Positions 37,601 to 48,711 are shown, counted from the stretch's first letter. The stretch: DNA of 64,000 nucleotides from the human T2T-CHM13v2.0 reference genome, Homo sapiens (GCF_009914755.1 NC_060925.1); one strand, 5' to 3'. Numbers and translations: made by a program. The notes: generated by a model from the sequence alone, not told the origin.

Positions 37601-39777
37601 CGGCAGATGGTCACGGGAGTTTAGCTCGGGCTAGCGCATTTGACTGTAGATAGCGGCAGATGGTCACGGGAGTTTAGCTCGGGCTAGCGCATTTGACTGT
37701 AGATAGCGGCAGATGGTCACGGGAGTTTAGCTCGGGCTAGCGCATTTGACTGTAGATAGCGGCAGATGGTCACGGGAGTTTACCTCGGGCTAGCGCATTT
37801 GACTGTAGATAGCGACAGATGGTCACGGGAGTTTAGCTCGGGCTAGCGCATTTGACTTTAGATAGCGGCAGATGGTCACGGGAGTTTAGCTCGGGCTAGA
37901 GCATTTGACTGTAGATAGCGGCAGATGGTCACGGGAGTTTAGCTCGGGCTAGAGCATTTGACTGTAGATAGCGGCATATGGTCACGGGAGTTTAGCTCGG
38001 GCTAGCGCATTTGACTGTAGATAGCGGCAGATGGTCACGGGAGTTTAGCTCGGGCTAGAGCATTTGACTGTAGATAGCGGCAGATGGTCCCGGGAGTTTA
38101 GCTCGGGCTAGATCATTTGACTGTAGATAGCGGCAGATGGTCACGGGAGTTTAGCTCGGGCTAGAGCATTTGACTGTAGATAGCGGCAGATGGTCCCGGG
38201 AGTTTAGCTCGGGCTAGAGCATTTGACTGTAGATAGCGGCAGATGGTCACGGGAGTTTAGCTCGGGCTAGAGCATTTGACTGTAGATAGCGGCAGATGGT
38301 CACGGGAGTTTAGCTCGGGCTAGAGCATTTGACTGTAGATAGCGGCAGATGGTCACGGGAGTTTAGCTCGGGCTAGCGCATTTGACTGTAGATAGCGGCA
38401 GATGGTCACGGGAGTTTAGCTCGGGCTAGAGCATTTGACTGTAGATAGCGGCAGATGGTCACGGGAGTTTAGCTCGGGCTAGAGCATTTGACTGTAGATA
38501 GCGGCAGATGGTCACGGGAGTTTAGCTCGGGCTAGAGCATTTGACTGTAGATAGCGGCAGATGGTCACGGGAGTTTAGCTCGGGGTAGAGCATTTGACTG
38601 TAGATAGCGGCAGATGGTCACGGGAGTTTAGCTCGGGCTAGCGCATTTGACTGTAGATAGCGGCAGATGGTCACGGGAGTTTAGCTCGGGCTAGCGCATT
38701 TGACTGTAGATAGCGGCAGATGGTCACGGGAGTTTAGCTCGGGCTAGAGCATTTGACTGTAGATAGCGGCAGATGGTCACGGGAGTTTAGCTCGGGCTAG
38801 CGCATTTGACTGTAGATAGCGGCAGATGGTCACGGGAGTTTAGCTCGGGCTAGCGCATTTGACTGTAGATAGCGGCAGATGGTCACGGGAGTTTAGCTCG
38901 GGCTAGCGCATTTGACTGTAGATAGCGGCAGATGGTCACGGGAGTTTAGCTCGGGCTAGAGCATTTGACTGTAGATAGCGGCAGATGGTCCCGGGAGTTT
39001 AGCTCGGGCTAGAGCATTTGACTGTAGATAGCGGCAGATGGTCACGGGAGTTTAGCTCGGGCTAGAGCATTTGACTGTAGATAGCGGCAGATGGTCACGG
39101 GAGTTTAGCTCGGGCTAGAGCATTTGACTGTAGATAGCGGCAGATGGTCACGGGAGTTTAGCTCGGGCTAGAGCATTTGACTGTAGATAGCGGCAGATGG
39201 TCACGGGAGTTTAGCTCGGGCTAGCGCATTTGACTGTAGATAGCGGCAGATGGTCACGGGAGTTTAGCTCGGGCTAGCGCATTTGACTGTAGATAGCGGC
39301 AGATGGTCACGGGAGTTTAGCTCGGGCTAGAGCATTTGACTGTAGATAGCGGCAGATGGTCACGGGAGTTTAGCTCGGGCTAGCGCATTTGACTGTAGAT
39401 AGCGGCAGATGGTCACGGGAGTTTAGCTCGGGCTAGCGCATTTGACTGTAGATAGCGGCAGATGGTCACGGGAGTTTAGCTCGGGCTAGCGCATTTGACT
39501 GTAGATAGCGGCAGATGGTCACGGGAGTTTAGCTCGGGCTAGCGCATTTGACTGTAGATAGCGGCAGATGGTCACGGGAGTTTAGCTCGGGCTAGAGCAT
39601 TTGACTGTAGATAGTGGCAGATGGTCACGGGAGTTTAGCTCGGGCTAGAGCATTTGACTGTAGATAGTGGCAGATGGTCACGGGAGTTTAGCTCGGGCTA
39701 GCGCATTTGACTGTAGATAGTGGCAGATGGTCATGGGAGTTTAGCTTGGGCTAGCGCATTTGACTGTAGATAGTGGC
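19680..39777. repeat. Giant 53-bp tandem array (VNTR/satellite), 379 full units, about 20.1 kb, CpG-rich
   Basis: Unit GTAGATAGCGGCAGATGGTCACGGGAGTTTAGCTCGGGCTAG[A/C]GCATTTGACT. AGATAG at 19681 and 39768 are 20087 bp apart (379 x 53), so there is no net indel. The ORF track lists no ORF within the array body. Confidence 0.99.
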
Positions 39778-39947
39778 CGAATGGAATTGATTTGGAGGAC
39801 ACCAAGTGGTGTCCACTGCAGAAATGATTGTTTACTTGGTGTGTATCAAAAATCCCCCACTCACTTGGTCCCATACATCTTATATGTTGGTTGTTGTGTG
39901 GTGTGGAAGCAGAGGAAAACTGTTTCATGTGTTTTTTTCCTCAAAGA
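39778..39947 (+). mobile_element. MER21-family LTR, 3' part resuming after the array
   Basis: GAATGGAATTGATTTGGAGGACACC..TGGTGTCC..AAAATCCCCCAC..CTTGGTC..GAGGAAAAC..TTTTTTCC is the expected continuation of the LTR interrupted at 19680. Confidence 0.7.
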
Positions 39948-41116
39948 GCATTCAACTTGGTGGAAAAAAAAAACTAATGTAAAAAAACCTCCTCTTGATC
40001 TCTTTTCCTTCTCTTTTCTTTTTTTCTTATACCTTCCCTTTCTCCTGCCATGTTCACATGTATTCTAAATAAATACAACAGGGCTCCATAAACACAAAAA
40101 TGTGTTTCCATCTGCAAGCTGGTAGAAAGAGTCATTGAACATAGTCTTCTTAAACAGGTATTGTACTCACTACAATCAGGTGCTTATTACTTTCAGTAAA
40201 AGTACGGTATTTATCTTTTTTTATTTTGCAACACATTAGTGAAAACTATTTGTCAGATAACTTAAAATAAATGGATGAAAGCAAAGGACATTGCCCAGAA
40301 AAGACATCATGAGAACACTGCATATCTGAGGGGTAACGGGGTTTCTAAAACACTGGAGAAACATACAGGGTGATGGGTTAGGAAGGCAGTAAAATGCTTT
40401 TCAAATATCTCATGAGATCATCAAGATTAAGCATATATCAGCCATGTAATAGTATTAGGGCATAGTTAATATTCATGTTCCATATGGATCCAGGAATTGA
40501 GGAAAGAAAGCATGTGCCAATACATGGTTAGTATCCCAATTATATAAAGAGTTCACTCATCATCAAAAGGGTGACTTTCTCAAAATTATAATTCACCATG
40601 TGGGGTTATCATTATACAAACATCATCATGGTCATAATCATAATCATATTCATCAATCTCTATCTAAAACTTAAAAATTTATGTGCCTTGCCAGGTTCAT
40701 CATCCTTTAACAACTTCATAACAAAGGAAGCAGAACTTGTTATGAGTCATAGTTTACATGTAAGAACAGTAAGTTTCAGGGAAGCAAGAAAATTCTGTAG
40801 GATAATAATTCTAATTAATAGACTAGATGGCAGAATTTCAAGAAATGTGATTGATAGAACACTATATTCTTCAGATACAGCTTCCTCATTCATTCATTCA
40901 TGCTTTATAGCTGTGACCAAGACAAACAAAGCAATTGCACTTGAGAAATTTGCATTCCAGTGTGGAAAAGACAATGAACAAAAATAAATACAACAAGTGA
41001 GCAAGCAAAAAAACACATATATCCACCATGTTGTGTGTGGTAGCTGTGACTAAAGCTAAACATATCCATATCCTGCACCCCTGCAGGTCCATTCTTGAGT
41101 GAATTCTTAATAGATA

Positions 41117-43670
41117 TATTATAGTTTGAATTTGGTTTATTTTGCCCCCACCAAAGCTTATGTTGAAATTTGATCCCCAATATGGTGGTGTTGGGAGGTC
41201 AGGCCTAGTGGGAGATGTTTGGGTCATGGAGGCAGACCCTTCATGAATGGCTTGGTGCTATTCTTGTGTTAGTGAGCGAGTCCTCACCCTGGCAAGTCTG
41301 AACTACCTCTTGGAGGAATTAATTCATTTCTGGGAGAGTGGGTTGTTATAAAGCCAGTACATCCTTCAGGTTTTGCTCCACCTTTGACCTTCTCCACCAT
41401 GTTTTGAGCTAGCATTTGTCCCTCACCAGAAGTCAAACAGATGCTGGCCCCATGTTTCTCATACTTCTCAGCCTTCAGAACGATAGTCAAAATCAGCTTC
41501 TTTTTTTTTAATAAATTACTCAGTCTCAGGTATTCTTCAATAGCAACATAAAATGGACTAAGACAGAAAATTGGTACCAGGGAGTGGGGTGTTGCTATAA
41601 AGATACATGAAAATATAGAAGTGGCTTGGAATTGGGTAATGGGCAGAATTTGGAAGAGTTTGGAGGAGGGGGCTAAAAAAAAACCGCATTACCATGAAGG
41701 GTGCATTAAGGACAATTATTGTGAGGGCTTAGGAAAAGAGAAGGCTCAGGAGAAAATAAAAAGACAAGAGAAAATTTGCAACTTTTTAGAAATCGTTTTA
41801 GTGGTTCTGGCCAAAATGCTGTTAGAAATGTAGACAAGTAAAGGCCATTGTGATGAGTTCTCAGAAGGAAATGAGGAGTATTTATCTGCAAACTGGAGGA
41901 AAGGTCAACCTGGTTCTACAGTTGCAAAGAACTTGGGTCCATGATGTCCATGGCCTAGGACTTTATGGGAGACTGAATTTAAGAGTAATGAACTAGAATA
42001 TCTGGTGGAAGAAATTTCTAAGCATAAAAGCTCTCATGCTGCTATGTAGCTACTTCTAACTGCATAAGGTTAACTGTCAGGAAAAGGGGAAGCAGAGTGT
42101 ACATTTTTGGAAAATTTGCAGCCCAGCTATGTGGTAAAGAATTCGTGTTTTCAAGAGAGGAAACCAGAGGTACAGCCAAGAGACCCTTTGCTAAAGAGAT
42201 TAGTGTGGATGAAAAGGAGCCAGGTGCTAATAGTCCAAACAAAGGGAACAAAATCCCAAAGGCATTTCAAAGCTCTTCCATGCTATCCTTCCCTTTGCAG
42301 TCCCACGGCCTGAGAAAGCAGAGTTATTTTGAAAGACTATCCTAAGCCTGGTGCCCTGCATTGCATCAGGACCCTGCTTCGTACATCTAGCAGTGGCTCA
42401 AAAAGCCCCATATGTGTCTCTGGCTACTCCAGAGAGCCCAAATGGTAAGCCATAGCCTCCACATGGTAAGTCTGCAAGTGCCAAAATTAAAAGAGCCATG
42501 GAGATATTACATGTGCTACCTAGATTTCACAGGACAGCTTGGAAATCCTGAAAGTCCAGTCAGAAAACTGCCACAGGGGTGGAGCCACTGCCAAGAGCCT
42601 CTACTAAGGCAATTCCCACTGGAAATGTGAGCCCAGAGCTGCCACAGAGAGTCCCTACTGGGGCAATGGTTAACAGAACCATGGGGGCAGCATGGGAGTG
42701 GGGCCCCAGAATGTTGCAGCCACCAGCAGCATGCAATCTCAGCCTGGAGAAGTGGCAGGCATAGAACTCCAATTTGTGAGAGCAGATATGTGACTATGCC
42801 CAGCAATTCCATAAGGGCGGAGGTGCCTGAGGCCTTGGGAGCCCATCCCTTACACCAGTGTGCCCAGGATCATGGAGTCCAGTAAGATTTTTCTGGAACT
42901 TTAAGATTTAATGTGTGCCCTGCTGGGTTTCAGACTTACATGGGGTCTGTCATTTCTTTCTTTTGGTCAAATTCTCCTTTTTGGAATGAGAATGTTTACC
43001 AAATGTCTGTCCCACCATTGTAAAGTGGAGGTAAATAACTTGCTTTGCTTTCACAGGCTCATAGTTGGAAGGAGCTTGCCTTCAGTCTCAAATGAGACTT
43101 TGTACTTTAAACTTTTGAGTTGGTGCTGGGACAAGTCAAGACTCTAGGGACTACTGGGATGGAATGATTGTATTTTTGTATGTAAGAAAGCCTTTGGTTT
43201 TTGGAGTCAGAGGCAGAATGCTATGGTTTGGATATGGTTTGTCTCTACCAACATACATGTCGAAATTTGATTCCCGATGTGGTGGTGTTGAGAGGTGGGG
43301 CCTAGTGGAAGATATTTGGGTCATGGGGTCATATCCCTCATGAATGGCTTCATGCCATTCTTGTGATAGTGAGTGGGTTCTCACTCTGGCAAGACTGGAT
43401 TAGTTCTTATAAAAATAGATTAGTTCCTAGGAGAGTGGGTGGCTATAAAGCCAGATGTTCCTCTGGTTTTTGCCTCTCTCTTCACACATATCTGCTTTAC
43501 TCTGTGACCTTTACCATGTTTTGACCAAGCACATGGCCCTTACCAGAAACTGAGCAGATACTGGCACCATTTTTCTTGTATATCCTGCAGAAATGTGAGC
43601 TAAACAAATCTCTTTTATTTAAATTACTCAGCTTCAGATATGCTGTTACAATGACAAAAAACAGATAACA
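41117..43670 (+). mobile_element. Two-LTR MaLR element (MSTB-like LTR, internal region, LTR)
   Basis: Similar LTRs at 41117-41565 (ends GGACTAAGACA) and 43219 to about 43670. The internal region starts GAAAATTGGTACCAGGGAGTGGGG and ends with purine-rich GGAGTCAGAGGCAGAA. Confidence 0.85.
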
Positions 43671-44854
43671 TGTATGCATAATGTTACCAAAAGACATATG
43701 GTAACATAAAATATGGAAGCAATCAAAAGCCCACTGATGGTGAAATGGATAAATTGTGACATGTTCATAAAATAAGAATAGATGTTCTAATACTACTTAC
43801 AAACATGCTGTTGAACTAATGAAGCAAGCTACAAAAGAGTACCTTCATATGAAGTACAGATCCAGCAAAACTATCCTATACTGTTGGAGGGACGGTGGCT
43901 GGAAGGATGCATGAGCATGTTCTTGAATTTCTGTTTATTGATGTCAATGCTGATTGTATACCCAATGTTCAGTTTAAGAAAATCAATCAAGTCTAAATTT
44001 TTTGTATATTGAATACCTTTTTGTGTGTACATTATGCTCTGATACAAATTTAAAATATAACTCATAATAATGTGGTAAATACAATAGTATAATGGGATAG
44101 TGGAGGTAGGTGGAGGGTTACCCTAGATATGGTGTTCAAGAAGTTTTCTGAGGCTGTATTTGAGGAAAAAAAAAGAGACAGGAATAGAAAGATCCAGGTG
44201 TAGAGCCTTCCAGGTAGGAAGAATAACACGGGCCAATGTTCTGAAATGGCAATGATGTGTTCAGAAGGCTTGACAGTGATGCAGATCCCGAATGAGTAAT
44301 GGGTGGAGAAGACAAGTCTGAAAACATGGGTAGTGACCAGATCAGAAAAGGCCTTTCATGCTGTGGTACAGAAGTTGGAACTTGACTTAATTTGCAAAGA
44401 AAAACCATTGAGAGGTTTCAAACAAAGAAAAGACAGATTATAAATAACATTCTGAGAATGGTACTCTAGCTGCTTTATAAAGAATGAACTAAAAACACCT
44501 GTTAGGAGGCTTTTCCTGCGTTCTAAAGAGAGACACTTTCAGCACGGGTTAGAGTTTTAGGAGTAGAGGTGACAGGAAGTAGTATCACTGGGATGCACTT
44601 GAAGGTGTGAATAACAGGTGATGATTAATAAAGTATGAGGTCTGAAGGAAATAGAATCCAGAAGAGTGCCCAGGTTTTAAGCTTGAGCAACAAAATTGAT
44701 AGTGGATCTATTTGTTGAAATGGAGTGGAGACATTTCTATACTTTTAATTTATTTTTTATGTTTTTGAGGAATATTGTGCTTTGATTGTATCAAGTTAAG
44801 CAAGAAATTATAACAGCATGATGAGTTTTGCCTTTCAGAAAGCAGTAGCATTTA

Positions 44855-44958
44855 TCGAGCCCGAGAAGTTGAGTCTGTAGTGAGCCATGATCGTGCCCTG
44901 CACTCCAGCCTGGATGACAGAGTGGGACCTTGTCTCAGAAAAGAAAAAAAAAAAGCAA
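44855..44958 (+). mobile_element. 5'-truncated Alu (AluJ-like right-arm end)
   Basis: GTGAGCCATGATCGTGCC..CACTCCAGCCTGG..GTCTC plus A tail. 16-bp TSD AAAGCAGTAGCATTTA at 44839-44854 and 44959-44974. Confidence 0.85.
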
Positions 44959-45197
44959 AAAGCAGTAGCATTTAGAAAGCAGTTATTACTATATTTGACT
45001 CTCAATGACGGAAGATATCATAAGTCAACACCTAGAAAAGGCTAGTGATAGATACTTTTATTGATTTAAAGTACTTTTTAATGGCTAGTGATGGATACAT
45101 CTTATGAACTTTCCTTTTGGGTTATGCATCTTGGCATTTCAAAAATAATCTTTGGGTAATGTTTTCAAAACTTTAACATTTTCAAAAAGCTCTGTTT

Positions 45198-45760
45198 GAA
45201 ATACCATTTGACCCAGCAATCCCATTACTGGGTATATACCCAAAGGATTATAAATCATGCTGCTATAAAGACACATGCACACGTATGTTTATTGGGGCAC
45301 TATTCACAATAGCAAAGACTTGGAACCAACCCAAGTGTCCAACAATGATAGACTGGATTAAGAAAATGTGGCACATATACACCATGGAATACTATGCAGC
45401 CATAAAAAATGATGAGTTCATGTCCTTTGTAGGGACATGGATGAAGCTGGAAACCATCATTCTCAGCAAACTATTTCAAGGACAAAAAACCAAACGCCGC
45501 ATGTTCTCACTCATAGGTGGGAATTGAACAATGAGAACACATGGACACAGGAAGGGGAACATCACACACCAGGGCCTGTTGTGGGGTCGGGGGGAGAGGG
45601 ATAGCATTTGGAGATATACCTAATATTAAATGAAGAGTTACTGGGTGCAGCACACCAACATGGCACATGTATACATATGTAACTAACCTGCACATTGTGC
45701 ACATGTACCCTAAAACTTAAAGTATAATAATAAAAATAAAGAAAACACAGAAAAAAACCC
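45198..45760 (+). mobile_element. 5'-truncated young L1PA (about PA3-4), 3' end
   Basis: ORF 45285-45527 is the ORF2 C-terminus ending MFSLIGGN, followed by the 3' UTR. 15-bp TSD CAAAAAGCTCTGTTT at 45183-45197 and 45761-45775. Confidence 0.92.
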
Positions 45761-46414
45761 CAAAAAGCTCTGTTTTTACCTCAATCCAATGATTTTATGC
45801 ATCAATATTCTTTCTTATGAGCACGGTCATCTGCAGGGGAATGTGGGGTGTGTGTATAAGATTAAGAGCTTTATTATGAGTATGTTAAGTTTGAAATGTC
45901 TATTGAATATCTAAATAAAAATGTCAAGCAGCTAGATATTTTAGTCTAGATATCATTTTAGGTGGTAGATGTGAAGATAGGTTTCAGAATTATTGATACG
46001 CAGATTGTGTGTTAAGAGAATTAAAGAATAGGACAAGAGAATTTCAATATTTAAATACCAGACCACAAAAAAAGTGACAAGAAAGGGATAAAAAAGATGT
46101 GGAGCACCCAGAGGAGTGTGGTGTGGTAGAAACTTAGAAAAGACAGTCTTTTTAATAGAAGGGAGGGGTCTACATGTGAGTTTTTGGGTAAAGTTTAAGT
46201 AATGTGAAACAGAAAGTTGATTGCCTGAGAGTGCAAGATAACAGTCGTTCCTATCCTTCACAGAGGGGCTTCGATGGAGTGATTGGACAGAATATCTTGT
46301 GAAGTAGACTAAGGAGAAAGGAGGCTCAAAAATTGAAGAAAATCACAAAAGTTTGCTCTGAATAATGGAACAAATATAAAGTTATACATGGATAGTGACA
46401 TGGGGTTAAGGGAA

Positions 46415-46524
46415 TATTTTTTATATATGTATATGTACATATACATATATGTGTATGTATTTTTTATATTTATTATGTATATTACATATAATATATATGT
46501 ATGTTATATATATTTTTATATATG

Positions 46525-46565
<41 letters not shown>
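46415..46565. repeat. Low-complexity TA-rich tract with (TG)n microsatellite
   Basis: Imperfect TA repeats followed by about 12 TG units. Confidence 0.85.
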
Positions 46566-46567
<2 letters not shown>

Positions 46568-47458
46568 TGTTGACAAAAGCCAAACTCTCTAAAATATTTG
46601 AAGAGGTTTATTTTGAGCCAGATATGAGTGATCATGGCCTGTAACACAGCCTCAAGAAATCCCAAGAATAATCTTACCAAAATTGGTCAGGTGACAGCTT
46701 GGTTTTATACATTTTAAGATGACAGAAATTACAGGCAATATACATTTTAAGGAGAAGACAGAAATTAGAGGCAAAGACATAAATCAATGCATGTAAGATG
46801 TATGTTGGTTTGGCACGGAAAGGCGGGACTTCTTGAAGTGACAACTTATAGGTCATAGGTGGATTCAAAGATTTTATTATCAGCAGTTCGTTGAAAGAGT
46901 CAATCCTTGTCTAAAGACTTAAGAAATCAGTAGAAAGAAATGCTTCAGTTAGGGTAAGATGGTTTTCAAAACCACAGTTCTTGTTATATAGACGAAGCCT
47001 CTAAGTAGCAGGCTGCAGAGGGAATAGATTGTAAAATGTGTAAGACTCTTAGTTAAGTATCTTCTGGGTCCATAAAAGACCCAGAAACGGAAGGAGATTC
47101 TCTAGAGAATGCAAATTTCCCCCACAGGAAATGGCTTTGCAGGACCATTCTAAAATGTGTCAAAAATATATTTTGGGGTAAAAGATCTTGATTTTCTTCA
47201 GGACCTGCTATCTGTCATATGATACTATGCCAGAGTGAGGTTAGAATTTGGTATCTTGTTGCTGCAGAGAGTCTGTTTTGTCAGCCTCAGGACCTCTATT
47301 TTAACATTACTGTTGCTCAGTTGTGCCTAAACTCCAAAGAGAGGGGGTAGAAAGAGTCATGTCTGAACTCTCTTCTAGTTGTTTGGTTTCTTTGCGATCT
47401 CCTTAACCAGGAGAGTGTCAGTTGGGGTGGGGGCTTAGACTTTTATTTTTGGTTTACA
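46568..47458 (-). mobile_element. MER4-group ERV1 LTR (3' LTR of a minus-strand provirus)
   Basis: On the minus strand it reads TGTAAACC...AATAAACCTCTTCAAATATTTTAGAG...CAACA and is preceded by purine-rich GAGGGAGAATAA. Confidence 0.75.
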
Positions 47459-48711
47459 TTATTCTCCCTCAGGTCAAGATTTTCCAGAGGCAACATTGAT
47501 GGCCAAAGTTTTATTTGTCCTCTATTGTTGCCAGAGTGTGTGGCTATGGCTATCTGCCCCAGGTGCATCATGTTCTTTGGTGGGATCCGTATGGCCAAGG
47601 GGCTTAGAGCCAAAAGACTTATAGCAAATTTAAATGTTGTAGGGCTGGATGAGAATGGAGATGGGCAGGCATTTATCAGCCGTTAAGATCTTTAAGCAAT
47701 ATAAGAGCCCAAAACCAAAAGATAAGGTTACAAAATTGACTTATCAATACATTCTGTGCATTGAGCAATACAATAATCTTGATTTTTGTTACAGACTTCT
47801 AGCAATTAGCTGTAAATAACAAAAGCATTTTGTTGAAACCATTTAAGCTAAAGAACACAGAGGCTTGTTTTGTGCTGCAGTGCTTTTTCGTGGTCTTTTT
47901 CATCATTTGTCCTGAGGTGGCTGATTTAAAAAGTTACATATATCTGCATAAATCTCACAGCTAGGAGCAGTATATCCAGGAGGCTTTGTGACGAGGTTTC
48001 TTGTTATGCTCTTGGTAATTTTCTTTTAATCCTGGGACAAGCATAAAATTCTTTATAGTTGGGATGGATGGAAAGCAGCCATGTAATAGCCCAGGAGGAA
48101 AAGGCCCCTACCTTGCCAGCTGTTTAGGCATCTGGATGTCTGTCCTTGATTTGGAGGCTCTGAAATAATTCTGTCTCTGAAATTAATCCCTTACAAGCTC
48201 ACCTGCCCACCTCTTCCACAGTAGCCCCTGGGTCTAGAGGGAAGGTGCCTATGTAGCCTTAGTAGCAAGGTGTTAGCAATGAAGACAGATCAGGCCCAGT
48301 GAGAGTCTAAGCAGGTTTTACATTTGGCAGATATTAGGTAGAGAGACAAAGGTAATCTATCTGTGTTTTACCAATTTTGTAAGCTACATATAGCTCAAAA
48401 GGAAAAGGCATTTCTTTTTTTACTCTGGAAAACAAAATGTAAGGAATCAGCAACATTTTAAAGAAAAAGAGCTTAATTCCTGCCTTGCTCTGACAGAAGA
48501 CGGAAACTCACAGGTAGCTAGCATTTATTATCTAACATTAAGGCATAGAACAAATTATATTAATTTAGATAGAGAAAAAATTATTAAATGAGTATTCATG
48601 CCTTTGTATACAAGCCTGGTTTAGTGTCATACAAAAGCAGTTTTTTTCACTCTCATCTTCTCCCAGCTCTGAAGATGAGGCTTTGGTTAACTTACATTTG
48701 ATGTCAGATAC

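Noticed and set aside
19734-39720. TCCCGGGA/TCACGGGA in the unit as EBF (O/E) sites, and GATA plus E-box as a TAL1-GATA1 composite
   Set aside because: EBF needs TCCC-NN-GGGA and the 2-nt spacer is missing. The GATA/E-box order and spacing do not fit the canonical composite.
19680-39777. CRISPR-like or protein-coding repeat array
   Set aside because: Units are head-to-tail with no unique spacers and there are no cas genes. The 53-bp period with several TAG/TGA codons closes the reading frames, and the context is primate DNA.
41621-43147. Cluster of 60-100 aa ORFs
   Set aside because: All lie in the decayed MaLR internal region and are fragmented across frames and strands.
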